Shown: positions 39,085 to 52,735, counted from the first letter of the stretch. The stretch: DNA of 64,000 nucleotides from Eledone cirrhosa (GCA_964016885.1 OZ024759.1:28644001-28708000), one strand, 5' to 3'. The notes: generated from the sequence alone by a model not told the origin. A program made the numbers and translations.

Positions 39085-39365
39085 ATACATATATATATAT
39101 ATATATACATACATATATGTATACATATATATACATACATACATACATACATACATATATGTATACATATATATACATACATACATATATGTATATATAT
39201 ATTTATATATATATATATATATGTAAAAATATATATATATATATATACATATATGTATATAAATATATATACATATATGTATGTATGTATATATATGTAT
39301 ACATATATGTTTGTATATATATATGTATACATATATGTATGTATATATGTATGTGAATACATAAA

Positions 39366-39514
<149 letters not shown>

Positions 39515-39689
39515 ATGTATATTTCTTTTGCCGATTGTCACTACTTTAGAAATGATAGCGAATGGTCTTCAAAATGTTTTTACTTAAACATACGGTATAT
39601 TGCCGAATATACTATACATATATTCATGTATACATCGCTATTTCAGAGCACCAATCCTAATTTATATATATATATATATATATATATAT

Positions 39690-39995
39690 GTCGGATGTGA
39701 GTTTTATTGTAGTACAATAAAGCAATGCAGATATCGGATAAGAAGCACTCTACAGTTTGTAGGACTGGAGTATACATAATATATAAGATCAAAAGATGGT
39801 TAAAGGAGTTCCATGTATTTTATTATGCGCATTTCAATATGTTGATTTAAAACTGCACTATCCACAAGTGTTTTTTAGCCTTCATATCATGTCCTGTTTT
39901 ATCTGATGAACACACAAATATTATTGCATGATGATGTTTGTTTTTGAAATGCGCATAATAAAATACATGGAACTCCTTTAACCATCTTTTTATCT

Positions 39996-40000
<5 letters not shown>
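39690..40000. mobile_element. family D hammerhead fold-back element
   Basis: tgttttat CTGATGA(39903-39909) ... GAAA(39946-39949) tgcgca TA ataaaata; ~57-bp inverted arm at 39781-39837 extended leftwards; TA-flanked. Confidence 0.82.
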
Positions 40001-40058
<58 letters not shown>

Positions 40059-40199
40059 TGCGTATATATATATTGTTAGAGAGAGAAGTGAGATAGATAG
40101 ATAAATTGATATTGTAAAGAGTTCGTGCCCCAAGGCTGAGCTCATGGCGTTTCGGTAGATAGATAGATATATAATACATGCATCTAAATTCTTTTTGGG

Positions 40200-40372
40200 G
40201 CATTTACAATTAGACCCTATAAAATGTATCAGTCTAATACTGGGGTAGATTCTACCTCTATATATCTTTCTCACTGACATCCTCTCAGTTTTTGTCTTTC
40301 TCTGGAAGAAATCTGCTGTATTCAGACCTGGAGAGGAGAAGGGCTCTGTCATGTTTAAAATGTCCCAAGAAA
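40200..40372 (+). mobile_element. Deu-SINE subfamily with alternative tail (tctctggaagaaatctgctgtattcagacc)
   Basis: Related copies at 42030-42300 (-), 42406-42692 (+) and 54240-54790 (-, interrupted). Confidence 0.65.
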
Positions 40373-40611
40373 CAAAAAGGAAAACGCGACCTGATCCTAT
40401 GTCTAGTATTGAACCTGGCCTCGACAAATATAAATATTGTACTTAATTATTACCAATTTGTTATACCATCCTGTCCAACACGTCACCCCACTGCTACTGA
40501 TACCATCCTGTTTAACACCCACCCCTCACTTCTATTGATACCATCCTGTTTAACACTACCCTCACCCCGGCTTCTATGAAACAACTTTTGATACCAACCT
40601 GTCCAAAATCT

Positions 40612-40732
40612 TAACCCTGCGATGCACTGGCGTCCTATCCAGGGGTGGAATCTTGTATTCTCAGTCGTCTCACGCCTCAGAAACCGGGATAAGCACCGGC
40701 CTGATGAGCCTACGGACTCAAGACAGACTTTA
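40612..40732 (+). mobile_element. V-domain-like SINE 3' part
   Basis: ccctgcgatgcactggcgtcctatccaggg...gaaaccgggataagcaccggcctgatgagcc. Confidence 0.6.
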
Positions 40733-41239
40733 GACTGCCCCAAACCTGTAAAACAGCTTTTGATAGCAACCTGTCCAACACCACTCCTGCTTCTATGAAA
40801 CAACTCCACCAATTTTAAACTTTCCAACGTAATTTTATATAAGAACATGTTGTCGTTACAAATACCATCTTGATGAAATTATAATTTTAATAAATCCTTC
40901 CAAAATTCTTCATTAATTAATTAAAATATGACGTATTTAATTTGAAATACAGTAAGGCAAAATCAAACATGTCGTTTCAAGAAGTATGCTGCCATTACGA
41001 AAGAAATTTTGCTATTTTAAATATATGCGATTTGCTAAAATGCACGTCCGTAGAGACTAGGGAGAATCAGAAACTCGATCCACCCTCAGCCTCCAAAATA
41101 AACCACGGTGCGGTTTCGAATCTCATCGAAGGTATTATGCAAGGCTGTTGCAATCAAGGCTCAGCTTGTTACTGATCCATGTCTCATCTTTATTAAGTTA
41201 GGAGTATCACCCTTCTGTAGAGTATAAACATCGTTGTAT

Positions 41240-42028
41240 TAATGGTGATAGGGTCTCGTATCTCCTGGTGGCGTAGTAGTTTTAATGATGGGTGGGGGCA
41301 GTCCTAACATGTTGTTACATTCCACACATATGTAGGTTTGGTTGGCCTCCTGCGAGGTGACATCTCATAGGAGGTTTCTTGGGTGTTTTAATGATAAAGG
41401 CCTCAGTCCTACCATGTTGTTACAGCTCACGCCAATGTAGGTTTAGCCTGCCTCTTACAAGGTTGTATCTTATGAGAGGCTTCTTGGGTGTTTTAATGAT
41501 AGGACACTCCAATCCTATCATGTTGTTGCAGCTCACGCCAATGTAGGTTTAGCCTGCCTCTTACAAGGTTGTATCTTATGAGAGGCTTCTTGGGTGTTTT
41601 AATGATAGGACACTCCAATCCTATCATGTTGTTGCAGCTCACGCCAATGTAGGTTTAGCCTGCCTCTTACAAGGTTGTATCTTATGAGAGGCTTCTTGGG
41701 TGTTTTAATGATAGGACACTCCAATCCTATCATGTTGTTGCAGCTCACGCCAATGTAGGTTTAGCCTGCCTCTTACAAGGTTGTATCTTATGAGAGGCTT
41801 CTTGGGTGTTTTAATGATAGGACACTCCAATCCTATCATGTTGTTGCAGCTCACGCCAATGTAGGTTTAGCCTGCCTCTTACAAGGTTGTATCTTATGAG
41901 AGGCTTCTTGGGTGTTTTAATGATAGGACACTCCAATCCTATCATGTTGTTGCAGCTCACGCCAATGTAAGTTTAGGTTGCCTTCTACAAGGTTACATCT
42001 CATAAGAGGTTTCTTGCGTGTTTTAATA
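41240..42028 (+). repeat. 106-bp tandem array, ~7 copies (central ~5 near-identical)
   Basis: Period 106 measured (41519 to 41625). Confidence 0.93.
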
Positions 42029-42029
42029 C

Positions 42030-42692
42030 GGCATTTCTTGGCCATTTTAGACCTGACGGAGCCCGTCTCCTCTCAAGGTCTGAATACAGCAGATTTCTTC
42101 CAGAGAATGACAGAGAGAGTGAGAGAATGGAACTAAGAAAGAGATGTAGAGGTAGAATCGACTTCAGTACTTGACTGGTACTTTTTTAACGACCTTGAAA
42201 GGATGAAAGACAAAGTTGACTTTAATGAGAAGAGACCCAGAACAAATACTGCAAAGCATTCTATCTGAACCTCTAACGCCTCTGTTAATTCGCCGTTTCG
42301 TTGTGTTAAATAAACCGTAAAAAAGGGAAATATGTCGGCATGACTTCATATCATTTGCTAGTGGAAAATAGAGTTTTTTTTAAACCTTTTCATACATTTG
42401 TATAAAGCGGCGAATTGGGAGAGTCGTTTGATCGTCAGGTTGAATGCTTTGCGATATTTGTTCCGTTTCTCTATTCTCTGAATTAAAAAAACAACAACAA
42501 AAAACGCGCCGAGGCCAACCCTGCCTTTCATCTTTTCGAAATCGATAAAAAGAAAAATGTACCAGTCAAGTGCAGGGGGCCGATCCTTCTTCTATATTTC
42601 CGTCTCACTTCCTTTCTCCTTCTCTGGAAGAAATCAGCTGTTTTCAAACACGAAGAGGAGATGGACTTCACTATGTTTTAAATGCCCGAGAC
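42030..42692. mobile_element. divergently oriented pair of Deu-SINEs with alternative tail
   Basis: Minus copy at 42030-42300 and plus copy at 42406-42692. Confidence 0.65.
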
Positions 42693-43060
42693 ACACTACA
42701 CCCATACATACACGGCACCTCTACACACACACATACATACATACATACATACACACACACATATACACACTCACAAATACATTTGTATACATTGAAAGGC
42801 ACATTAAGATACACACACAAGCCTACTTACACCAGCAAAAATAGCCCCCGAGTACGGCTAGTTCTGCTAGTATGTTATATTAAAAAAAAAAAAACATCTT
42901 TAATATTTACATTAAAACTAATTACTAGTCATATCCTGTGTTTTGTTCTCAATCATAAACACAGAAAAACCTCCGTGTAATACTGGACTGTGTTAGAGAG
43001 TGTAGACAGAGGGAAGGGGTTTATCTGCTGGTGATTGAGTGGCTACGGATTGGTTTATGT

Positions 43061-43125
<65 letters not shown>

Positions 43126-43132
43126 GAAAAAG

Positions 43133-43690
43133 TTTGTCCTCATCAGTGGCCATCCAACCGTCGTAGGCATTTCTTCGCATTAAAGGCCATATACCTCAGG
43201 TTGGTGCGAGCAATGGCTAAAAAAAAGTCGTGGGGACACGTAAATAAGGGGGACGCTAGGGTAAACGAACAAAATGGTTTAAGCAGCAGAAAGTGATGAA
43301 GAAGGAAACAAGTCCCAGATTTCTATGAATATAAATTCGGTGGAATCGTGAACGAGAGAATAAAGACCATCAAACCTGGTTGAAATGTGAGCAAGGAAGG
43401 AATTTCGCACAGGTCTAACGGGAGGAAGAAGGGGTCTGGTCTGCGAATTCGGTAAACATAAATATATATATATATGAGAATAAACGTGCTGCGGGGTTGC
43501 AAATGGGTTACATATGAATAAAGTTGGTCCTTCATCAGTGATCTTCCAACCATCATCGGTATTTCTTCGCTTTAAAGACCATATACCTCCGCTTGGTGCG
43601 AGCAACGGCTAAAGAAAGTCGTTGGGACACGTAAATAAAGGGGACAGCGAGAGTGTAAACAAAGAAAGATGGTGAAGCAACGAAAAGTGA
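43133..43690 (-). mobile_element. degenerate ~165-bp direct repeat pair, possible PLE pLTR duplication
   Basis: 43133-43300 and 43520-43690 align; each carries ctgatga(a)ggac on the minus strand. Confidence 0.5.
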
Positions 43691-43869
43691 GGAAACACAT
43701 ATAAGTATGCACACGTACACACATATATGTATATATGCATATATACGCGTGGCTTATATCGAACATTAATAATAATGCTAACAAACGGCCCAATATGAAA
43801 CTGTGCTGTGCCGATGACCTATCGTCAACTGTTTGTTCAACATTGGCTTTCAGGAACAATCAACATTAT

Positions 43870-43995
43870 AGGGTCGGACGCCATGCTTTCCAGCATAGAG
43901 TTACGTCCCTTTATTATCTGAGTTCAAATCCCGCCGAGGTTAACTTTGCCTTTCATCCTTACGGGGTCGATAAAATAAAGTACCAGTAATGCACT

Positions 43996-43998
<3 letters not shown>
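43870..43998 (+). mobile_element. Deu/Nin SINE fragment
   Basis: gagttcaaatcccgccgaggttaactttgcctttcatccttacggggtcgataaa. Confidence 0.85.
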
Positions 43999-44031
<33 letters not shown>

Positions 44032-44354
44032 CAGTGGTTCCCAAGCTTTTGTGCACCATGTCGCACCTCAACATCTAAACAATTGTTCTCTCCCCCTTTG
44101 ACATGAAGACAGCAATGATCAACTACAAAGTGTAAATCAATTGGTGTATAAGTGGTACCAAATGCACAACAACATACGGAGGAGGTGAGGCAGGACTTTC
44201 TGACTGTAATGTGCACAAAAGCTGCCTTGGTGTAAAAGTAATAAAATAAAACTTGAGGTTTGTTCTCATTAACATCATTTTCAAACGGCCCCCTTAAATA
44301 TTCAAATTGCCCCCCCCCCACCTGTTGGGTGTACGCCCCACGTAGGAATCACTG
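44032..44354. mobile_element. hAT (Charlie-like) MITE
   Basis: TIR cagtggttccca / taggaatcactg, inserted in (TA)n. Confidence 0.7.
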
Positions 44355-44363
44355 ATATATATA

Positions 44364-44435
44364 TTGGGTTGTCAAGTATGAAATTGTAGAAATTTGTAGA
44401 AAAAAAAAATTTCTACAAATTTCATACTTGACGAC

Positions 44436-44439
<4 letters not shown>
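44364..44439. mobile_element. 76-bp mariner-type mini-element (TIR only)
   Basis: ttgggttgtcaagtatgaaattgtagaaattt / aaatttctacaaatttcatacttgacgacccaa, TA on both sides; caagtatgaaat resembles mariner TIRs. Confidence 0.7.
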
Positions 44440-44504
<65 letters not shown>

Positions 44505-44756
44505 ATATATATATACATATATATGCACAGGCATTGCCGTGTGGTCAAGAAGTCCGTTCCACAAGCTCGTGCTTTTTCCAACACCAATCATTGCCACTAA
44601 TACTCAGATGAAGGCGTCTGGCCTATTAGAGTGCTGGACTAACAATCAGCACTCTAATAGGCCACACATGGGTTCGACTCCTGGACCTAGTGGCTTGTTG
44701 TGTTCTTCAGCAAGATACTTTACTTCATGTTCTTCATGGTTGGACTGAAGCCTGTG

Positions 44757-45081
44757 CAGGGCCGCACATTCACCTACTGAAGCCCTAAACTATAAGAAAT
44801 TTGAGGCCCTTTTCTAAAAAATAATTTGGTAATTATACATGATTATTATTATCAATGATTACAAAATTAGATTAATTACAAAGTGTGCCTTTTTAACCAA
44901 TTAATTGATTTATTCAATTTATTCCAAGAATAAATAAATATATATATATATAAGTTTGGATGATTTAGTGTTAAAGAATAAAAACTAATGATAAAATAAA
45001 AAATATATTTCTTAAATGACTCCCTCGAGAGTGGGTGGCCCTAAGCTATAGCTTATTTAGCTAACAGGTAAGTCCAACACT
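44757..45081. mobile_element. degenerate hAT-like MITE
   Basis: cagggccg start, internal gccctaa repeats, degenerate gtaagtccaacact end. Confidence 0.4.
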
Positions 45082-45089
45082 TAACCCGT

Positions 45090-45985
45090 ATCATTAAAAC
45101 ACCCAAGAAACCTCCTATGAGACGAAACCTTGTAGGAGGCCTGCTAAACCTACATTGGTGAACTGTAACATGATAGAACTAAGGCCCTTATTAAAACACC
45201 CAAGAAACCTCTATGAGATGTACCTTGTAGGAGGTCAACTAAACTTACATAGGTATGAGCTGCAACAACATGACAAGACTGGGGCCCTTGTCATTAAAAC
45301 ACCCAAGAAACCTCTTATAAGATGCACCTCGCAGGAAGCCAGCTAAACCTATATATGAATGCGCTGTAACAACATGTTAAGATTGCCTCCACTATCATTA
45401 AAACACTTTAGAAATCTTTGAGATACAACCTTGTAGGAGGCAAAATAAACCTACATATGTGTGAGCTGTAACAACAGAAGACTGTGGCCCCTACCATTAA
45501 AACACCCCAGAAACCTTCCATCAGATACAACTACATTAAAAACGAGCTAAACCTACATATGTGTGAGCTGTAACAACAGAAGACTGTGGCCCCTACCATT
45601 AAAACACCCCAGAAACCTTCCATCAGATACAACTACATTAAAAACGAGCTAAACCTACATAGGTGTGAGCTGTAACAACAGAAGACTGTGGCCCCTACCA
45701 TTAAAACACCCCAGAAACCTTCCATCAGATACAACTACATTAAAAACGAGCTAAACCTACATAGGTGTGAGCTGTAACAACAGAAGACTGTGGCCCCTAC
45801 CATTAAAACACCCCAGAAACCTTCCATCAGATACAACTACATTAAAAACGAGCTAAACCTACATATGTGTGAGCTGTAACAACAGCATCGCGATAAAATT
45901 GGGGTCTTGTATCATTAAAACGCCAGAGAAACCAATGAGATGCAACCCAGTACGAGGCCAGCTAAACCTTCATAGGCGTGAACGG
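45090..45985 (-). repeat. ~102-bp tandem array, inverted homologue of the 41240-42028 array
   Basis: cattaaaacacccaagaaacctc is the reverse complement of gaggtttcttgggtgttttaatg; period 102 (45446, 45548, 45650). Confidence 0.9.
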
Positions 45986-46889
45986 TAAAATTCATTTTTC
46001 ATTTATACACACCCCGATGCCATACCCGTTTCCTGGAAACTACGCTTCCAACCCAGCCTTCACCCAGCCCTCACCCAGCTTCCATCCACCCTGATATCTT
46101 ACTACTACCATGTCTCTTCTTGTCGTTCTCAAACAGAACCATCTTCAAACCAGTGACTGACAGAATACCCCAGTCAAATCTCCACTCAACACCCTACTCC
46201 ATTATCCAAAGTGTCCTCCACTCCCACCTCCCACTCACACTCAATAACAGTCACATGTGTTTATCGTTTCCACCCGACACTCACACCCGGTTTACATTTT
46301 CTACACACCACTCGCCTCATTCGATGTGATGTCGTCATCATCTTCGCCCTAACCCACCACCACTGTCATCACCACCATCACCAACACCACCACTACCATC
46401 ACCATTGTCATCTTACTAACCTCCCACCACCACCACCACCACTACCATCTCCACCACCGTCACCAACACCACCACTACCGTCACCATTGTCATCTTACTA
46501 ACTCCCCACCACCACCACCACCACTAACATCTCCCCCACCGTCACCAACACCACCACTACCATCACCACTGTCATCTAATCCTCACCACCATCACCACTA
46601 TCATCACCATCAGTACCATCTCCTCTGTAACCACCATCACCTACACCACCACCACCGCCACAATCACCAATATCACCCACCACCACCACCACCACCACTA
46701 ACATCATAACAACATCATATAAGACGAAACATCTAGGTTTCCTTTACGTGGTAGTTTAGTTTGTTAGAAATAGCAGCCAAATCTGCCAAGGTCAACTTTG
46801 GGCCTAACATCACTAACATCAACAACAACATCAGATAAACATCTGTACCAATGTCGGCTTCATATTTTCTTAACACAACCTACATACAT

Positions 46890-47055
46890 ACACACATTTA
46901 CAGAGCCTTCCCCTATATATATATATATATATATATACACATTTACAGAGCCTTCCCCTATATATATATATGTATATACACATACACACATTTACAGAGC
47001 CTTCCCCTATATATATATATATATATATACACATACACACATTTACAGAGCCTTC

Positions 47056-47106
<51 letters not shown>

Positions 47107-47169
47107 CACACATTTACAGAGCCTTCCCCTATATATATATATACACATACACACATTTACAGAGCCTTC

Positions 47170-47208
<39 letters not shown>

Positions 47209-47573
47209 CACACATTTACAGACCCTTCCCCTATATATATACAGACACACACACTTACAGAACCTTCCCCTATATATATATATATATATACATACACACA
47301 CACACATTTACAGAGCCTTCTCCTATATATATACACATACACACATTTACAGAGCCTTCCCCTATATATATATATACACATACACACATTTACAGAGCCT
47401 TCCCCTTTATATATATATATACACACACACAGATTTACAGAGCCTTCCCCTATATATATACACACACACACACTTACAGAGCCTTCCCCTATATATATAC
47501 ACACACACTTACAGAGCCTTCCCCTATATATATATATATACATACACACACACACATTTACAGAACCTTCCCC

Positions 47574-47605
<32 letters not shown>

Positions 47606-47615
47606 TACAGAGCCA
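46890..47615 (+). repeat. array of a constant 21-mer (cacatttacagagccttcccc) separated by variable (TA)n(CA)n linkers, ~17 copies; resumes at 48905-48960
   Basis: Direct reading of the sequence. Confidence 0.92.
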
Positions 47616-47655
47616 CCCCCTCTCACTTTCTCTCTCTCGATATATATATATATAT

Positions 47656-47742
47656 CGTTCCTATTACCCACTCTACTACCCTAAGTATTGAGTACTCTGG
47701 TGCGTTATGGTCCATCTGGTTCCTTACCACATTTCCTTCGTT
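47656..47742 (+). mobile_element. family B 3' tail only
   Basis: cgttcctattacccactct...ttccttcgtt between TA tracts. Confidence 0.8.
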
Positions 47743-47761
47743 ATATATATATATATATGCA

Positions 47762-48000
47762 TGTAAAAGGTAAACAGAAATAACAACACAATCGGTACAG
47801 TATATGGAAGGTATATATTAGGTTAGCAGGAAGAGGGTCTTAACATTTCGGACGCTAGTCCTTCCACAGAATAAAGAATAAGAAATAAAATAGATTGAAG
47901 GGACGGGCGGGATGTTGCACACTAAATGTGTGTAGTGTTTCTTCTGAAGAAGACGGTTGATCGAACAAGAATTTCGAGACTAGAAATATGTAGTAACGTA
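47762..48000. mobile_element. PLE pLTR-like remnant with two degenerate hammerhead-like motifs on opposite strands
   Basis: Minus: ctgtgga aggactagcgtcc GAAA tgtta aga (47838-47870); plus: CTGAAGA(47944-47950)...GAAA(47983-47986). Confidence 0.45.
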
Positions 48001-48139
48001 ACCACTACCATGCTTGTTGCGGTGGTCACCTGCCACAAAAACTATTGGTCACACCACCTAATCTAGCTGCAACCATCTTTCCAAAGACACATTGAGTTCT
48101 AACAACGTTATCAGCCCCACCTCAACCAAGTGGAATACG

Positions 48140-48229
<90 letters not shown>

Positions 48230-48247
48230 ATATATATATATATATAT

Positions 48248-48278
<31 letters not shown>

Positions 48279-48305
48279 ATATATATATATATATATAATA
48301 TATAT

Positions 48306-48339
<34 letters not shown>

Positions 48340-48360
48340 ATATATATATATATAATATAT

Positions 48361-48556
<196 letters not shown>

Positions 48557-48655
48557 ATATATATATATATATATAATATATATATATATATATAATATAT
48601 ATATATATATATAATATATATATATATATATAATATATATATATATATAATATAT

Positions 48656-48695
<40 letters not shown>

Positions 48696-48697
<2 letters not shown>

Positions 48698-48881
48698 AAC
48701 GAGTAGGACCCCGACGGCTGAACTGAAGCCGTTTCGACGGCTAATTCCAGAATTAGCCGTTGAAACGGCTTGAGCTCAGCCGTCGGGGTCCTACTCGTTC
48801 CTATTACCCACTCTACTACCCTAAGTATTGAGTACTTTTGTGCGTTATGGTCCACCTGGTTCCTTACCACATTTCCTTCGT

Positions 48882-48882
<1 letters not shown>
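48696..48882 (+). mobile_element. family B fold-back element
   Basis: Both arms plus tail; TA-flanked. Confidence 0.88.
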
Positions 48883-48915
<33 letters not shown>

Positions 48916-49096
48916 TACAGAGCCTTCCCCTACATACACACACACACACACAGAGCCCCCCGCCCTCTGTAAAACAACTGATGTTCATACATTGAGCTAT
49001 TTCTCTTACTGGTAATAAGGTAATTAAGAAATTACTGACCTTGCTGTTTATGGTTATTTATACTATATACATAACTATAAATAGTATTAATATTAT

Positions 49097-49172
<76 letters not shown>

Positions 49173-49254
49173 CTGTGGTGTATTATTCTCCAAATCTGCA
49201 TTCGTTAGCTTGGCCGCAGCCAAAAGCTTCGTTAATTCTGTACTGAAATGTGTA

Positions 49255-49340
49255 TGTATATATACAATGATGATATTTGTTTTTGAAATGCGCATAATAA
49301 AATACTTGGAACCCTTTTAACCATCTTTTGATCTTATATT
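49255..49340 (+). mobile_element. family D fragment
   Basis: gatgatatttgtttttGAAAtgcgcaTAataaaatacttggaacccttttaaccatcttttgatcttatat. Confidence 0.7.
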
Positions 49341-49349
49341 ATATATATG

Positions 49350-49414
<65 letters not shown>

Positions 49415-49419
49415 GTATG

Positions 49420-49539
<120 letters not shown>

Positions 49540-49540
49540 C

Positions 49541-49593
<53 letters not shown>

Positions 49594-49594
49594 C

Positions 49595-49695
<101 letters not shown>

Positions 49696-49767
49696 CATAT
49701 ATATACATATATATATATACATATATATGTATACATACATATATATATATATACATACATATATATA

Positions 49768-49831
<64 letters not shown>

Positions 49832-49840
49832 CATACATAC

Positions 49841-50081
<241 letters not shown>

Positions 50082-50120
50082 TATATACATATATATACAT
50101 ATATATATACATATATATAA

Positions 50121-50424
50121 TAGAAAACGAAAAATCAGTGATGCATCTCAAATCAATTTATTGTGTGTTACAATTGTTTCGCCGGCGGACAGCTCGAGAC
50201 ACGATCATTGCTTGGATCTTGTCTGACTCTGGACCTGCGGGTTCATCGGACACGTGAAATGCTTTCGGAGCAAATTCTTTCACTGGAGTGTTGGCGTCAA
50301 AACTTTCACTCAATTGATTTCAGATGCATCACTGATTTTTCGTTTTATATTATACCATACTCTGCTCTGTAAGAGCATAGAGTGCTCAACCGGCATACCG
50401 CCTATGGACTTATCTTAGCTACCA

Positions 50425-50426
<2 letters not shown>
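50121..50426. mobile_element. fold-back element with minus-strand hammerhead (family F)
   Basis: ~35-bp inverted arms aaaacgaaaaatcagtgatgcatct; reverse complement of 50165-50253 reads gtgt CCGATGA ...long stem II... GAAA caattg TA acac. Confidence 0.7.
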
Positions 50427-50489
<63 letters not shown>

Positions 50490-50502
50490 TATATATATAT
50501 AT

Positions 50503-50700
50503 GAAAAAGATTCAGGATCCCGACGGCTGAGCTCTGGCCATTTCGATAGCTAGATCCGAACGTTCGTATCTAGTTGTCGAAACGGCCGGAGCTCAGCCGT
50601 CGGGGTCCTGAATGTTTTCATATTACCCACTCTACTGCCCTAACTATCGAGTATTCTGGTGCGTTATGGTCCACCTGGTATCTTACCACACCCTCTTTGT
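50503..50700 (+). mobile_element. family B subfamily 2 fold-back element
   Basis: Arms plus tail with diverged central hairpin gatagctagatccgaacgttcgtatctagttgtc. Confidence 0.8.
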
Positions 50701-50767
50701 TGTTATGTGTGTGTGTGTGTGTGTGTATCTATATATATATATTTACAGACACACTAATACACTCACG

Positions 50768-50809
<42 letters not shown>

Positions 50810-51283
50810 TATATGTATGTTTGTAAACACACATACATACACACGTCTCAACGCACTCTCATCATAAAGAATTAAGCAAATGGGTTATCAGCGTCCCAAT
50901 CAGAGAACAGTGGCGCCACGTAGCGGCTGCTCAAAGAGACAACACGCACAACAAGGTCAACAACTACAGCTATATATACACAACATCAACATCAACATCA
51001 AAAACATCAACAACACACAGATATACACAACATCAACAACAACACACACACACCATCAACAAGAACACACACACACACACACACCATCAGCAACAACACC
51101 AACACCAACAATACCACCAACAACATCACCAACACCAACAATACCACCACCAACACCACGAACAACACCACCAACACCACCACCACCACCAACAAAACAC
51201 CACCACCAACACCACCACCACCAACATCACTATTAGCAACAATAACATCAGCAACAACAACATCACCAACAACGACATCACCA

Positions 51284-51395
<112 letters not shown>

Positions 51396-51630
51396 ATATT
51401 AGTGTTCTGCTATATTGGTTACATATTAACAACGTACAGACAGACACCTAGATTGATAGACAGACAGACAGACTGACAGAGACTGATAGACAGACAGACA
51501 GACTGACAGAGACTGATAGACAGACAGACAGACAGACTGAGACTGACAGACAGACAGACAGACAGAAGTTGGCGCGAACGTTATCTTATATATGTCCTAT
51601 TTCGCAATGTCATTGGTCTCTAGTACATAA

Positions 51631-51800
51631 CTGTTTCTACTGTTGGCACAAGGCCAGCAAAAATACCCAGTGCATTACTGGTACTTTATTTTATCGACCC
51701 CGTAAGGATGAAAGGCAAAGTTAACCTCGGCGGGATTTGAACTCACAATGGCAAGGGCCGTAACTCTATGCTTCAAAGCATGGCGTCCGACCCTCTACCA
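51631..51800 (-). mobile_element. Deu/Nin SINE
   Basis: Same diagnostic core as 3200-3386. Confidence 0.85.
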
Positions 51801-52355
51801 ATGATTAGGTGCAGGTTTTGGTGTAAATGGATTTACACACACACACTAATATATATATATATATATATATATAGAGGTTATCACATACATAAAATTAAAT
51901 TAAATTAAATCAAGGATACATATATGTGTTGCAACTGTTCACTTTTAAGCTCAATGAAGAATTAATAAATTAAAATCAAAAAATCAGAGCATTATATCAT
52001 AACTCATGTCTATAGAATCAATCAGATATTAAAATATATACTATTTCTTCTTCTAATCAGCATAATTAACCATATACATAATCAAATCTAGCAAGCTTTA
52101 AGAGTAAATTTTCTAACGGGGAAATCTCCGACAAACAATTGATCGCAGCTAGTTCGCGGTAACTCCGTTCCATTATTTATCAAACACTTCGGCAGCATGC
52201 AGAATCCGATCAAATACACCGTCAACCGCACGTAATTAGTAGTAAAATTAAACTTAGAAGAAATGCGCACATACCGTAATTATATCTCTACCATGGTTTC
52301 TTCCTAGTTTAGGACATCCAAATAATATGGATATGCTTATATATATATATATATA

Positions 52356-52554
52356 GGAAGGGTAGGACCCCGACGGCTGAGCTCAAGCCGTTTCGACGGC
52401 TAATTCTGGACTAAATTAGTCCAGAATTAGCCGTCGAAACGGCTTGAGCTCAGCCGTCGGGGTCCTACTCGTTCCTATTACCCACTCTACTACCCTAAGT
52501 ATTGAGTACTTTGGTGCGTTATGGTCCACCTGGTTCCTTACCATATTTCCTTCG

Positions 52555-52556
<2 letters not shown>
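52356..52556 (+). mobile_element. family B fold-back element (reference copy)
   Basis: ~60-bp near-perfect palindrome plus 78-bp tail; TA-flanked. Confidence 0.9.
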
Positions 52557-52616
<60 letters not shown>

Positions 52617-52679
52617 ATGCTTTGGGAGGGTCAACACACGTTTTCAGATAAAGAATCTTGCTAAACAAATTCAGAAACG

Positions 52680-52734
<55 letters not shown>

Positions 52735-52735
<1 letters not shown>

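Noticed and set aside
40690-40732. Hammerhead at cctgatgagcc
   Set aside because: No correctly placed GAAA, stem III or cleavage triplet; part of a SINE tail
46890-47615. CRISPR-like repeat-spacer appearance
   Set aside because: Spacers are microsatellites, not unique sequences; no cas genes; eukaryotic context
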